A DNA stretch of 64,000 nt from NCBI RefSeq assembly GCF_009914755.1, contig NC_060925.1. One strand, 5' to 3'. The position numbers and the translations under genes are program-made. Below, in pieces: positions 42,999-56,960 of the stretch. This DNA comes from the human T2T-CHM13v2.0 reference genome, Homo sapiens. The notes under the pieces were generated by a model. That model was not told the origin of the DNA, did no database searches, and saw nothing but the letters and a program-made list of their open reading frames with translations. Numbering within the stretch: the stretch's first letter is position 1; each line of letters begins with the position of its first letter.

Positions 42999-43993
42999 TC
43001 ACAATGAGCCTTGAAAGCCAAGCTTAACCAGTTAATGAAAGACGATCATTTGCTTTTCAGAGACATAGACCCTGATTTGCTTCCTGATAGATAATGAGTA
43101 CATTAACTTCTGGCTTAGTAAGTGTCACTTAGTTAACCACATTACTGCACTGATTCACTAAATGAACTTCCATTACCTGACTTACTTGCCCAAAAGAAAA
43201 CATATCATTCATAAATCTAATAACAATTTTAAATCCCATTTTTGTTTAGGATCTAAAGGGTACCTTTAGATTGTTGCTGAATTACCAAGGAATATCTTGC
43301 ATGGTGAGAAAAATCAAACTCTAGCCCTCAACCCTAAATCTCCTAGACTTGAGGAGTTTGTTCCTTGGCTTTGTCCCCAGGTCATAGTCCCTCAATAAAC
43401 ACTTGTTGAGTTTGGGGTATAACCATAAACTATCAATGAATTAAGCAACTGAGCTAGGAGCCTTGAGCATTTCTATAAGGAACAACTTATAGGGCCTGGT
43501 AATTCTGGTCCTGGTTACATTATTTTATGTAAAAGTCTGTAAGTTCTATCCATAATTCTCTACTGTGTAAGAAATGAGCTGAATTAAGCCTCTTATCTAT
43601 CCCTCTACTTTATCATCTCTAAGGTGAAAACAAGTTACCATTGTAGAATGGTGTACAATGTCTTTCTGAGATGCCCTCTTAAATCTTGGCAAGACCTACC
43701 AATACAATATTAGCATCTTCAGTACACATTTCAGACAATTTTAGGTCAGAATCTCTCTCATTCTTTTCAAAGAAGAAAGTAAGTAAATTGTTGGCATGAA
43801 ATTTTAGAACAAAAATAGGATTGTCTGATTTCTAGAAAATAATCATTTGTTGTTTGCCCTCAAGGAGAAAAAAAGTTAATTGTCTGAGAAACAGAGGAAA
43901 TTAACTTTCACTATAAACCACAAACCCCGGTGCTCCCCAATTTTGCCTTCCTCCTAATGTAAGATCCTGACATATCATTCATTTTAAAAAGGG

Positions 43994-44136
43994 GGTTAGG
44001 CACAGTAGCTCAGGCCTGTAATCCCAGCACTCTGGGAGGCTGAGGCGGACAGATCACTTGAGGACAAGAGTTTGAGACCAGCCTGGCCAACATAGTGAAA
44101 CTTTGTCTCTAAAAATAATAAAAATAAATAAATAAA
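43994..44136 (+). mobile_element. Alu left monomer (FLAM-like)
   Basis: Single monomer ending in (AAAT)n. Confidence 0.8.
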
Positions 44137-44295
44137 TGATTTTTTTTTTTTTGGCTTAAGTATCTTACTTTGGGCTTCAGTCTCCCCATAAATGAAAAGG
44201 TTAGACTCTATCTCTATGGCCACCTATAAATCTAGAGCCTATGGTTCTTTCAGCAACTAATAGAGTCAGTAAAAGTCTTCAGGACAGATCTCTAG

Positions 44296-44589
44296 GCCAG
44301 GCACAGTGGCTCATGAGCATTATCCCAGCAATTTGGGAGGCCAAGGCGGGCAGATCACCTGAAGTCAGGAGTTCAAGACCAGCCTGGCCAATATGGTGAA
44401 ACCCCGTCTCTACTAAAAAATACAAAAATTAGTTAGGCTTGGTGGCAGGCGCCTGTAATCTCAGCTAATCAGGAGGCTGAGGCAGGGAGAATTGCATGAA
44501 TGCAGGAGGCAGAGGTTGCGGTGAGCCGAGATCGCGCCACTGCACTCCAGTCTGGGCAACAGAGCAAGACTCCATCTCAAAAAACAAAA
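44296..44589 (+). mobile_element. AluS
   Basis: Full dimer; TSD agatctcta on both sides. Confidence 0.92.
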
Positions 44590-44990
44590 GATCTCTAGAA
44601 ATGAATGTATCTCAATAAATGAGTTGATGTGACTGAATTATCAATTTCATAAATGCCATGTCACACTAAAATGATCTGTGTACTCAATTAAAAGGAACAA
44701 TTTTAAAAAGTTTAGTTTAGCCTGCCAAAGTGAATACTAGAGAACAAAATAGAAGTGCTTTCTCCTTTCAACAAGTGAAAATGTCTTGAAATGCTGGCTT
44801 GAAAAATTAAATAATGTTTGTTTTAGAGAGTTTCTTTGCTTTCCTTAACTTTAATTCTGGGTCAGTGTGCCCACTTAGTCTTTTACATTTGGCAGAAGCA
44901 AAACAAATAATGAAATACTCAAAGCTAATCCTAAGGGTAAACCATGATTTACAGTGCATTTTAAAATAGGAAGTGTTGACATGGTAGTAG

Positions 44991-45332
<342 letters not shown>

Positions 45333-46169
45333 TAGATATACTTTTCAATGAGAGAGTTGTATAATTGATACTGAAAGATGAGCAGGTTTTTTTTATTGAA
45401 ATATAAGTTTCCAATAAATCAAAATATGATTTAAAAAAAAGAGTAAATGCAAACAACAGTATCCCACTGTCAGGTTCTCAAATGCCGTTTTGATGGGATA
45501 AATCCTCCTCAGTAAGGACAATGGCATTTTTTGGTTAAACCCTACATCACTAGTCTGAGAACAAGTCTCGGTCATCACAATCGACTCATGCGGTGATTGG
45601 GAATTCTTTCAGGGCAACAGGCAATGTGTTAAATATGCACTGTTGAGTACACTGTGCAAAGTTATGAAATTCTCTCTTTCCCTCCTGACATTTTTTTTTC
45701 CAAGTACTTCACTGGCTACTCCAGAAGCAAAGGAATAGAGAAAAGAGTGAAATCAGAACTAGTGAGTGGACTTGGTTACTGTAAGATCACTGGTAAAAGT
45801 CTGAAAGAAACAAAAGGATAAAACCAAAAATGAAATTTATATATAATAAAATCATTGACTTCTAGTGAGAAAGGAGATTTTACAGACATTCTACTCCAAA
45901 TGTTTGTTATAGATAAGGAAATTGAAGCCCAAAGAGGTCATGAGTTGCCCAAGTTCTGTAGCTGGTTATGGCATGGTTGGGACTAGAGCCCAAATATCCA
46001 CTCTAGTAATCTAGTTTCTACTTCCCTTGCCAGTGGAACTATTCGCATTTCTCCTTATAGAACCAATTCTCCGTTGTTAGCAAACACGGACTCCCCAAGT
46101 CTTCAGAATTTAGGGTCAGCTCTTTTAATCACTAGATAAGAACACAGAAATGTAAAGAAATGCCAAGAA

Positions 46170-46450
46170 ACAACTTCTTACTCCGCAGGGCCCCACGTGA
46201 TCCAACCCTCAATGACCAATCGCACCTCCCACCACTCTCCCCCTTGCTAACTCCACTCCAGCCATACTGGCCCCTCTCTCATCTCCAACAAGCTGCTTCC
46301 AAGCTGAGGGCCTGGGCCCTTTATTTGGCCTCTTCTTCACCCAGATCTCGGCATAGTTCACGCCTTTTCACCATTCAGGTCTCAGTTCAAGCACGCTTCC
46401 TCTAAGAAGCCCTTCCTAACCACCCTAACAACCAACTCTTCCTGTCACTT
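46170..46450. mobile_element. L2 fragment
   Basis: actccactccagccatactggcc...cattcaggtctcagttcaag...ccttcctaaccaccct. Confidence 0.65.
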
Positions 46451-48464
46451 GAATACCCAGGTAGCTCCACAACTTGGTGCTGGGAAATCCTTTCATTTAC
46501 ATTTTTATAAAATTGAAGGGAAAAGACACAAAGCCTGTTGGCATCTATCCCAAGAATATCTCCTGGGCACTTCTAAGTAAAGGCCACTGCCAGCAAAACA
46601 AAAATAACCAACTTTCAACCTACTCAAGACATGCAAGAATTCAAGACCAAATCAGAATGCATCCCAGAGTTCACCTGATTCTGCCAGCAGGAGCCCTGCA
46701 GTGCTGAATTTCTGGGCATGTGAATGATACATTGTTGTACTGAAACATTCATTTTCCAAGATTCCTTTCCAAATTCAACTCCATGGTCTTTCTTTTGTCT
46801 GTTTTGCTAAAGGGCAAAATACTAACCTGTTTCCAAGCTATTCAGCAATATTTTGGCACAGGTAATCCAGTAAGAGAATTGTTTGTATAGAACAGAGCTG
46901 ATGTTAATAACAGGGTGCCCTAACCTGCCCCTCTTTCTAAGCTCTTCACCTATAGATGACAGCCCAGCTATTCACATTTAACTCTTACCTGATGGCTGTT
47001 TCATTGCAGCTCAAAGACTTACCTGCATATGATTAAGTCAACACGCAACACTGGGTGCAACATCTAAGCCCACATTTAAGCAAAGTAAAGAGCTTGAGAT
47101 CATCTAAATGGGAGCGGGAGCAAGGGAGAACTCACTATCCACTGTGTTTTTGTTACCTTTGGCAAATTCTCAAGGGTAGGGGGTCAGGACTGCCAGTGCC
47201 TGGCACTGTGCCTGACACATTACAAACAGGTGCTTAATAAATAATGATTTCATTATTGAATAAATGCCTAAGCCTTGGGAAAGCCCACCTTGCCCAGAGC
47301 CACTCAGAGTGCATGTCAACTCCATCTATAGGAAGTGTGTTGTGAATTCAAGGTTAGGTTCTACCAATTATTTCCCAGCTCATGACCTTGGGTAGAATAC
47401 TTAACCTCTCTTAGCCTCAATTTCCACACCTGTAAAACAGAGCTAACAGAATCTCCCTTCCAGGGGTGTTGAAAAAAACAAATAAAATGCCAGGTTTTGT
47501 AATTCTCTGGAAAGAAGCCTACCAGCGTTTGACTTTGGCTCTGATCAGTGTAGTGCCATTACCTCCTGCCTACAGGTCCCTGGATTTTCAAGCAGGGTGA
47601 CAAATTGGTGGCAGCTGCATACATGACCCTCCAAACACTTGGCTTCCTCATGAGGAACTAATGGTTGTTCTGTCATTTGTCTGCTTTTCCTTCACCTTTG
47701 GGATTTGGAGCTCATTAAAGACGAGGGCCGAAAGGTAGCACAAACATCAACATCTTTGCTAGTTGTTCCTGTTCAGGCACCACTAACCTGGACAAGCTCA
47801 GGTTTTGCTCCCCAAATCTCACCGTAGTTCTGGAGACTTCTGAATCTAACAAACAAAGGTCCTGGGAAGACCACATTCATTCCACACCTGACCCCAACAC
47901 CACATCTACTCTGAGGTTACCCCAAATCTCTGAACAAAAACTCAATCACCTGTGCTCGCTGCCTTTCCTCCCTGGCAGGTACCTTCCAAAAAAATAGGAA
48001 CATAGGAAGTGCCAAAGCAAGGAACTGCTTCCAAGGCAGCTGACATCACTGGATTGTGAGGTAAAGCTAGAGGTTTCTCCCAATCTGTAGTGGGGAAATC
48101 TGGGGACAAACATTTATCTTCAGAGGCCTGTCTACACTGCCCCTTCCAGTGTCACAGGCTGTCACAATTCACCTGGCTTTGAAGACCTGTGGTGTTCAGC
48201 TGAAGACCATTCTCCCAGCATCAACACCAACAGGCAAAACCATCAGATGAAGCTTTCACAGCTGCCAAGGTACTTGCTGTCCTCAACATATTTCATACTC
48301 AACTCGGCTCTATTTTATTTACCAGTCTCCTCCCCTAGTCTTGGAAAATTCTCCTTTCAGCCCTCTGCCAAACCACATCCCCATTTCAAACCTTTCCAAT
48401 TTCTCACCTCCAAAAAGCAGCACCAGGCAAGCACACCTGGCTCCAATTATTCCAGCAATGCCTT

Positions 48465-48526
48465 CCCCCAGCCCCAGCCCCAACCCCAGCTCTAGCCCCA
48501 GCCCTAGCCCCAGCCCCACATCCCCC
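48465..48526. repeat. (CCCCAG)n degenerate hexamer repeat; (GGGGCT)n on the TGFBR3 sense strand
   Basis: About 10 units visible. Confidence 0.9.
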
Positions 48527-49544
48527 TAACATGCCTGATTACTTAGCACTTAACGTGTTTATCTCAGCCCAGCTGTAGTTGATTACATCTATTTGGTTAA
48601 GTTTCTATCTCGTGTATTTAGGGCGATGAGATGTTTCTACGTCTCCGTACTTTCTGTTACAGGTGTTGCTCTTTGTCCCTGGATGCACGGTGACCGTGAG
48701 CTCCGAGGGCTGCCTGTCTCCTCACTCCTGCAATGCTTTGCACCGGTGCCCAGTTCACAAAGGCAGCTGCAGCTGACTGTCCAACTGCCTGGTTCTAATT
48801 TATGTGGAGAGAGGCCTCCACTCAACAAACTGAAATAATTAGTTCTTCTAATCTTCTGCATTTCAATAAATAAAAGAAAGACAGGGAAAGATTCACATGT
48901 ACTCTGTCCTGACGAAACAGTAGAGCTCTTTGGAAAATCATGAAATTTTTACTGTGCAAGGCAGTAAGATATAAGCAATGAAACTCAAAAGCATTTTCCC
49001 AAGTATTCAGAGACCAGATCTGCCCCCAGATCTGTAAATCCTACTTAATCTAGGTTAAAAAAAAAAAAAAAACACACATAAGAAGACATGAGACACCCTT
49101 AGTTTACATTTCAGCTCTTAGGTGGTTCCTTATTCACTGAATGCTGAGGGTTTCTTTAAGGATATTTTGTAGTTTAACAACTCCAGAAATGCTTTTGACT
49201 CTAATTCTCAATTGGTATTTTGAAATATTAATTTTCTCAATGTCTTTATATTGACAGAAAATAAAAAAAGAAACTGAGATCCAAATGGGTCTACACATTT
49301 GCCCTCAAGTTTAAACAAAAAAGATCACAACAGAGGGAAGACCAAAAAAGAGGGAAGTCTTTTATTAAGACTCACAATCCAGTGCTGTCTTCTATACCTT
49401 GAAGCCTTGGTTTAAGAAACATTACTTTATGCCCAAGCCATACATACCAATATCAATAACTAGATCTTCAAAAAATATAATTAATGAGAAACTTCCATAT
49501 ATAGAATTTCTAGACTTAACCTATTTGCTAAACTGCTACATCAA

Positions 49545-50640
49545 CATACTTATTTATTCATGCAAATGTTTATTTCACAAATGTTTCTTGACTGCTTACT
49601 ATGTAGTGGGCACTGTTCTAATTCCTGGCAATACCAACTAAAGATAAAACATCTATACTGATGATATACTAGCAGAAGAGATAGACAGTGAACATATTTA
49701 AAAATAAATATCAGGTGGTAATATAAGTTACATTTTAAAGTAAAACAGTAAAAGAGAGTGTGTCTGTTGTGGGGTGCTATGACTATTTTAAATGGGGTGG
49801 TCAATGAAGGCCTCTCAGTGGAGGTAATGGCAAAGCAGGGACTGGGTGAAGGCAGCCACATGAGTAACTGGGAGAAGTACTTCAGGCAAAACAAAGAGCC
49901 CATGCCAAGGACAGGAGGCAAGATGTCAGGGCCCACTGCAGCACAGTGAGCAATGGTGAGAGTGCTGGGAGAAGGGGGAAAAGATCATTCAGGGCTCTGG
50001 TGGGGATTGCGCATTTTCATTGAAATGTAAAAAACCATGGCAGGAAGCTGAACTGGTGAACTTCGTGACTGGACGGAAGTCTTTCAAAAGATCATGCTGG
50101 CTGCCACTTAGAGAATAGATCTTAATTGCTAACAATGATAGCAGCTGACATTTATGGAGTGCTGATGATATTCCACGCACTGTTCTAAGCACCAGTCATG
50201 CTTTAATTATTTAATCGTCACAGCAACTCTATGAAGTAGATACTATGATTATGCCCACATGAGGAAAATGAAGCATAAAGAAGTTAACTGACTTGCCCAA
50301 AGCCCCACAGCTCATGAGCAGTGTAGCCAGGCTTCCAACACTGGCGCTCTACCCCAGATCTTGCACTCCTAAGAGGGATGGGCCAGAGGCCCACTGCCTC
50401 TCAAGTAAAAATGTGATGGTGGGTCAGACCGAAGGTGGTGGTCAGAAGTGGGCAGATTCAGAATATGGTCTTAGGGTAGAACAAATAGGATTGGATATGA
50501 CATCTGAGCAAACACAGGAAGTCATGGATAATAATGCCAAGGACTGTGGCCCTGGCAACTGTGTGGTAGCGTCCTTTACAGAGCTGGGGAACACAGGAGT
50601 AAACAAACTGGAGACAGGAGGGAGCATGGAACTCAAACTA
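49545..50640. mobile_element. L2 fragments with an inserted MIR (about 50125-50370)
   Basis: tttcttgactgcttactatgtagtgggcactgttcta..., gtggtcaatgaaggcctctc..., and gcagctgacatttatggagtgct...gaggaaaatgaagc. Confidence 0.7.
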
Positions 50641-50649
50641 ATGTGAGTG

Positions 50650-51124
50650 TGTGCTCATTTCCCATACTGCTGTAACAAATTACCATAAACTGGGTGGCTT
50701 AGAACAACAGAAGGCTATTCTCTCACAGTTCTGGAGGCCAGAAGTCCAAAATCAGCATTGCTAGGCCAAAACCAAGGTGTCAGCAGAGCCACATGCCCTC
50801 CAGAGGCTCCAGGAGAGAACCTGTTCCCAGCCTCTTTCAGGTTCTCGTGGCTGCTGGCATTCTTTGGCTTGTGGGTTCCAGACCACCAATCTCTGCCTGC
50901 ATGGTCACACAGTCTTCCCTTTTGTCTGTGTCATCAAATCCCTGTCTTATAAGGATACATGTGACTGTATTTAGGGGCCACCAGATAATCCAGGATAATC
51001 CTCCATCTCACAATTCTTAATTTAATCACACCTGCTAAGGCTTTTTCTATATAAAGGCAACATTCCCAGGTTTAGGGGTTAGAACGTGGATATATCTTTG
51101 GGGGCCATTATTTAGCCTATCACA
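50650..51124. mobile_element. MLT1-family (MaLR) LTR
   Basis: gctgtaacaaattaccataaactgggtggcttagaacaacagaa...tctcacagttctggaggccagaagtcc...ggggccattatttagcctatcaca. Confidence 0.9.
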
Positions 51125-51417
51125 GTCAGGAATACCACAAATAAAAACAATAAAACGTACAGGTGTGGATAAACAGTGAGCAAAGCTTTTCCCTTTTACA
51201 TGAGAATTTGATCTTCTGTTAACTCTCTCAATTCTGTAACCCTGGTAATCTGGTAAGACAATATGTCAATTATAACACAAGGCAGCTTGCTATTGGGACT
51301 GGAAAATTTTAAGACATCTGATAAGAAGTGACATCTGGGGGCTTCCCTGAGAGCAGTGATTCTTGTAAATGGGGCATATTTATGAGACAGAGTACCATGA
51401 AAACTATTCCTACATAG

Positions 51418-51754
<337 letters not shown>

Positions 51755-51779
51755 TTCCTAAGGCTTTTAAACTAGAGAA

Positions 51780-51781
<2 letters not shown>

Positions 51782-51829
<48 letters not shown>
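51782..51829. repeat. (AC)n microsatellite, about 24 units; (UG)n in TGFBR3 pre-mRNA
   Basis: Directly visible. Confidence 0.97.
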
Positions 51830-51833
<4 letters not shown>

Positions 51834-54800
51834 ATCTCATCTCCTGGCATTTGAGCCATCAGCTGGAGAGCTCTGGATGGCTATGTGAACTGATGAACTG
51901 ATGTGTGAACAGTCACAAGGCACACAACAAGGAGGAATGCCTTGCTGCCATGCCGTAAGCTGTGGTCCTTGTCCTATACCCTTTTAAGTATAATGAAGCC
52001 ACCCATGGCCTATGATAGTCTCATGGGTCTGAATGTTTATTTGGACCCAAGAAGACTCCTTGCCTGAGTTTGTTGCCACATGTAATAATATCGTTTCAGT
52101 TCATTATTTCCATTTCTTCCTCCACCACAGTTACTCAGCAGCAAAAAGGAGTAGAGCATTTGTTTCATCTGTTCATGCTCTTGTGTGGCCTCACTCAAAC
52201 AGCAAAATGGCTAAAAAGGGCAAAGGGAAAGGAAAAGCTAGAGAACAAAAATTAGTAAATTCACAAAAACTGAGCTAACTGTTCCCTCAGGGAGAAGTGA
52301 GTACTGCCTACAAGGAACATGCTGCGCTGCCTGTGCTATGCCTTCCAGAGGCCTCTCCAGCAGAATGAAATGTAAAATCCCTAACCCACAGTTCTGCTGG
52401 AAATGTGCAAGTGGGCTCATTACTCAGAGCCAAGATAAAGGATAAATCTTTATGAGTACCGTAAGTATGAGTCATAAAAAATAGGAAACATATGTAGGAC
52501 GTATACACAGTAATAGCACCAAGCCAGAGAAAGTGTTTAGGAAATGTATTTAAGAACACATGACAAAACAGGACGAAAAATTGCCCTTGTACATTGCTCT
52601 AAAACACATTTAAAAAAAAAACCTCACAGCAAGTCAAGGGCCCATATCACTTTGCTGATCTCTAATAAACATAGATCATTTCCATATTTGGAAATAGGCT
52701 GGCCTTTTTATTTTAAATGCAAATAGGAGAGCTGAATCAAGAAAAAGTAACTTGGAGTAGGCTTTGAAAGATTTTATGATTTGGGAAATTTGAAGAGCTT
52801 CCAAATAAAATACTGGGAATTAGATCTTAACAGCATTAAAAATGAACACAAAAGATTCTTTTAGAAAAATAATTGTTCACAATGGTAATATTACCATTTC
52901 ATTTAGATTCTCACTATCTTAACAACCACTGGAAAAATGAGTGGAATCTTCAAACCTTATGAAAGCAGGAATCAAAAATAAACTGCAACACATGGGCTGA
53001 CAACATACCGAGAGCAATGAAGGGCCTGCGTGAAAGCCCTCACGGGGATGCTGGGCTCAGCAGGAAGAACTCGCAGCAAGGAAGAAGCAGAGCCCCCTGG
53101 CCAAAAGCACCAAGTGACAATCTAGGGGATGAGGGCGTTCAGAATAGAAGGGAGGGTGATCGGCCCCCAGAAGTCTTTTGGGGCCAGATGACTGAGGCAA
53201 AATGTATCATCATTGGAAATTAAGCTCTTCAGTTGCCTTTGATTTTGGAAGATGCCCGAATTTAAGACAGCTTGGCAAGGCTAGGAGACACCTACATGCC
53301 CATGTGCCCAACACGGAATCATGTGTGTCCCAACGGACCTTTGGCTCCCTTGGACCAGGGCTTTCTCCTTTACCTTCAGAAACTGCTGCCTCCCAAGGAA
53401 AGCACTGCTTGCACATCGACTGACCTGAGGTTGAGAGGAGGAGCAGAGGAATGTGGAAAGGATTGTTTTTACCTTCATTAAGTGTTAAATTTACCTAAGA
53501 CTCCCAGAGAGTCAATGCTCTTCAGGAACTATTCTGAGGCAGAAATTTCAATATAACTTCCACCTCATGAAAAAATCCAACTGTAGGTCATTAAAAGACC
53601 CCAGGGGCATGGCGAGGGCTGAGAGGTACGACAGCTCACTTTCGACCTTTTGTTGCTCAGGCCTCTCAGCAGTTGCTATACCTCTCTGCCCCTCTCCCCC
53701 AAGGCACCTCGGTATGTGCTCACATCACTGGTAGTGAGGCCACACCTCACTCTGGGAGGGGGACTCACCTTTTAAGAAGACATCGATGCAGCTTCCACGT
53801 AAACGGGTCCACAGGCATGCAGTCCCTAACCTGTGGCAAGCCCAGTGCTAGGCACAGAGAACCGACAGCCACATCACCGACTTGCTGGAGCAAATTCAAA
53901 ATGGATCAGATGTGTGTACACATGTATCAACAAATAGAAGTTAAGCCATAATGGGCACAAGGGGACACTTCAGCTCCGGGCAAGAGTTAGGCTATGGTAG
54001 TGACCTTGGATCCTAAAGCTGGGCTCTGTCCTTGCTTCACAGTGAGAATCAGTAACACCTCATCTCATTAGCTCTCTTATCTTCAAAAGTATCCAAGTCA
54101 TACCTGTAATTTGCCCCTCATCCTCCAAGAGTTGTACAAATTTCAGGTTCAGCTGAAGGACTCTGTGGTTCAGGTGAAAAAAAAAGCCATAAATACAAAG
54201 CATTATTGTAGGGTGCTTTGGACTAGAACCCTGTCTAATATCTGGGCCTTGATATTTCAGCCTTTCAGACAAGGCCAAGGAGCTCAGAGACAAGGACTCC
54301 TTCAATCAGCCAGCAGTGCCACTGAGGTGCCCCGGCGGGCTGGACAGGAAAGCATGGAGAACATGGCTGCAATGGAAGCCAAAGCAGCAGGTCTTCCAAA
54401 CACAGACTCAGATGCCTGTGTCTTTAAGACCAGACCCTCATAAATGGATTGCTTCTGCTGGACACCACGCTCTAAATAAACAGACTCTTCTGGCCGACAC
54501 ACAACTTCCTGTAGGATTCTGGTGGGTAAAGCTTGAAAAGGCTGCCAAATCCAATGACCAGCAACTTTTGAGCTGACTTAGAAAACAAGCTACAAAGACT
54601 TGAGTCCAGAGTAAACAAAGGAAAAAGCCATATTAAACAGGGAACAAATTACTATATCGGCAGGGATATTTTAAGTACTCACTGAGCAAGAAAACAAAAT
54701 CAAAAAAATCAAGTTATAAGGTATTTAATAATACACGGTAGAGTAAAATGCCCTCTTTCAGTTAGAGGAATCAAAGTTAATTAATTCCAGCAATATTAAG

Positions 54801-55809
54801 AATTGGCTGGAGTCACCCCCTACATCATGAGGACAGATCATTCTCAATGGCCCAACTTCAAACCTGGCTCAGATCAAATGAGCAACCCAAGGGAGCTGCA
54901 TAGAGTTGAAAACCATTTATAGCTTTTTACCCAGCTGACGGAAAGGACTAACTAGTTTACTAGCAGATGACTAAAACCCCTCAGAGTAAAGAAGAATGTA
55001 ACAAAGATTTAGAAATGGGCTAGGGAAAAGACTGAACAAAGATCTGCAGTTTAGAGTAAAAAATAAGATTAATTAAAAGAGATTTAATTAAAAAAGTAAA
55101 TCAAAGCAGTCATACAAAATGGAGGACACCTGCTTAGCTCCAATGTTGAGGGGCCTAGGGACCAAACACTAAGTCCACTAATAGAATGCAAAGCAAATAA
55201 AGATGCACTATGCAAAAGGAAAGTCATTTAAGAAGACTTTCAGTTATACTCTAAATAACATCCTTGGTGCCATGCAATAACCCAATTTGCATAATGCAAA
55301 AAAAGACCCAAGACCTAGTTCCTGCCCGAAAGCAGTCCACTCACCAGCTGAGTGTGCAGAATTAACACACACGATTCAGCAGCAAGTAATACAATAAAAC
55401 ATATAATTCCATACTGTGGGAAGGCACAGGTTGTGGTAGGGGGAAGAAGATTCAGAGCGATGTTTAGAAAAGAAAGAAATGGAGGAGGGTAAAGCAATCA
55501 GGCAAGGGTTTGGTGAAGAGCTAAGACCTAAGCATGGGCTTCCAAAGTGGCAAGAATTGAGAGACTGAAGAAAGAAGTCCAGGTGGAATTAAGAATAAGG
55601 GCGTGGGGCAAGGGGTTTAGCTGGTAAGCCCAGGGGGAGGCTCAGGAATCTATACATCAAGGGATCCGATGCAGGGGCTTCACACAGCACACACACTTTG
55701 AGAAGCCGATCCACAGGATTAAGTCCAAATCCTTACGTGGCCTTTCCAGTCTCATCTTCCACTCAGCCCCAGCCTACCCCCTTCATTGTCTTCATCCTCT
55801 ATTACAGGA

Positions 55810-55980
55810 ATTGCCAAGCTCTTCCTGCAAAGGGCTGAATAGTAACTATTTAAAGCTTTGCAGGCCATGCAGGTCTCTGACACAATACTCAACTCTGCCA
55901 CAGTAGTGAGAAGGCAGCCATAGACAACATATTATCAAATGGGTGTGGCTTTAAAACTAATAAAACTTTAAAAACAGGCA
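55810..55980. mobile_element. MER58-like hAT MITE, apparently split by L1
   Basis: aaagggctgaatagtaactattt...caatactcaactctgcc...gcagccatagacaa...gggtgtggct...aataaaacttt. Confidence 0.8.
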
Positions 55981-56420
55981 TCGGACTGATGAATGCATTA
56001 ACAAAACATGGTATAGCCACACAATGAAAACTACCCAGGAATAAAAAGGAATGAAACAACTGATACATGCTACAACATCGAGGAACCTCAAGTGCTTTAC
56101 GCTAAGTGAAAGAAGCTAGACACAAAAGATACATATTGCATGATCCCATTCATATGAATGTGCAGAACAGATAAATCTAGAAAGTAGATTAGTGGCTACC
56201 TTGGGCTAGTGCCGGGTCGTGGGGGGCACACACAGGGAATGGGAGAGTGACTGTTAATAGATACAAGGTTTCTTCTTAGGGTGATGGAAATGTTGTAAAA
56301 TTAGATTATGGGCCACTGGTTGCACATTTCTATAAATATACTAAAAACCACTGACTTGTACACTTTAAACAGGTAAACTTTATGGTACGTAAATTATATC
56401 TCATTAAAGCTATTTTAAAA
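55981..56420 (+). mobile_element. L1M (L1MB-like) 3' end
   Basis: ctgatacatgctacaac...gctaagtgaaagaagctagacacaaaag...attatatctcattaaagct. Confidence 0.85.
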
Positions 56421-56665
56421 ACACAAACAGGCAGCAGGCAGAATTCAGTCCTGCCTAGCACCCTTGATCTGTCCACCAGCCACACCGTGTAGGTGAAGAA
56501 CTTTCCTCCACACCTGGCGCCCACTCTGTGTATATTGAGTCCTCCCATCCCTTGGCTCAACAACACTAATTTGACTTTTAAGCCCTCCGTCAAATGTTCT
56601 TTCTTCTGGGAATCCTTCCCTCACTTCCAGAGAGAATGAACACACCCTTTGTTGGGCTTCTGTAC

Positions 56666-56960
56666 TTTTTTTTTTTTTTTTTTAGACAGCGTCTCGCTCT
56701 GTCTCCCAGGTTGGAGTGCAGTGGCGCGATCGTGGTTCACTGCAGCCTCAACCTTCGGGCTCAAGTGATCCTCCTGCCTCAGCCTCCCAAATAGCTGGGA
56801 CCACAGGTGCACACTACTATGCCTGGCTGTTTGTATTTTTGATAGAAACAGGGTTTTGCCATATTGCCCAGGCTGGTCTTGAACTCCTAAGCTCAAGCGA
56901 TCTGCCCGCCTCAGCCTCCCAAAGTGCTGAGATTACAGGCGTGAGCCACCACAGCTGGCC
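56666..56960 (-). mobile_element. AluJ
   Basis: Reverse dimer with cactgcagcctcaacc, ctcaagtgatcctcc. Confidence 0.9.

Noticed and set aside
46820-46861. Perfect TACTAAC branch motif with nearby AGs and a donor on the plus strand
   Set aside because: Implied micro-exon of 16-24 nt with a short pyrimidine tract; cannot be separated from chance.
48247-48529. PQPQ / GLGL / PSPS ORFs
   Set aside because: Products of the hexamer repeat.
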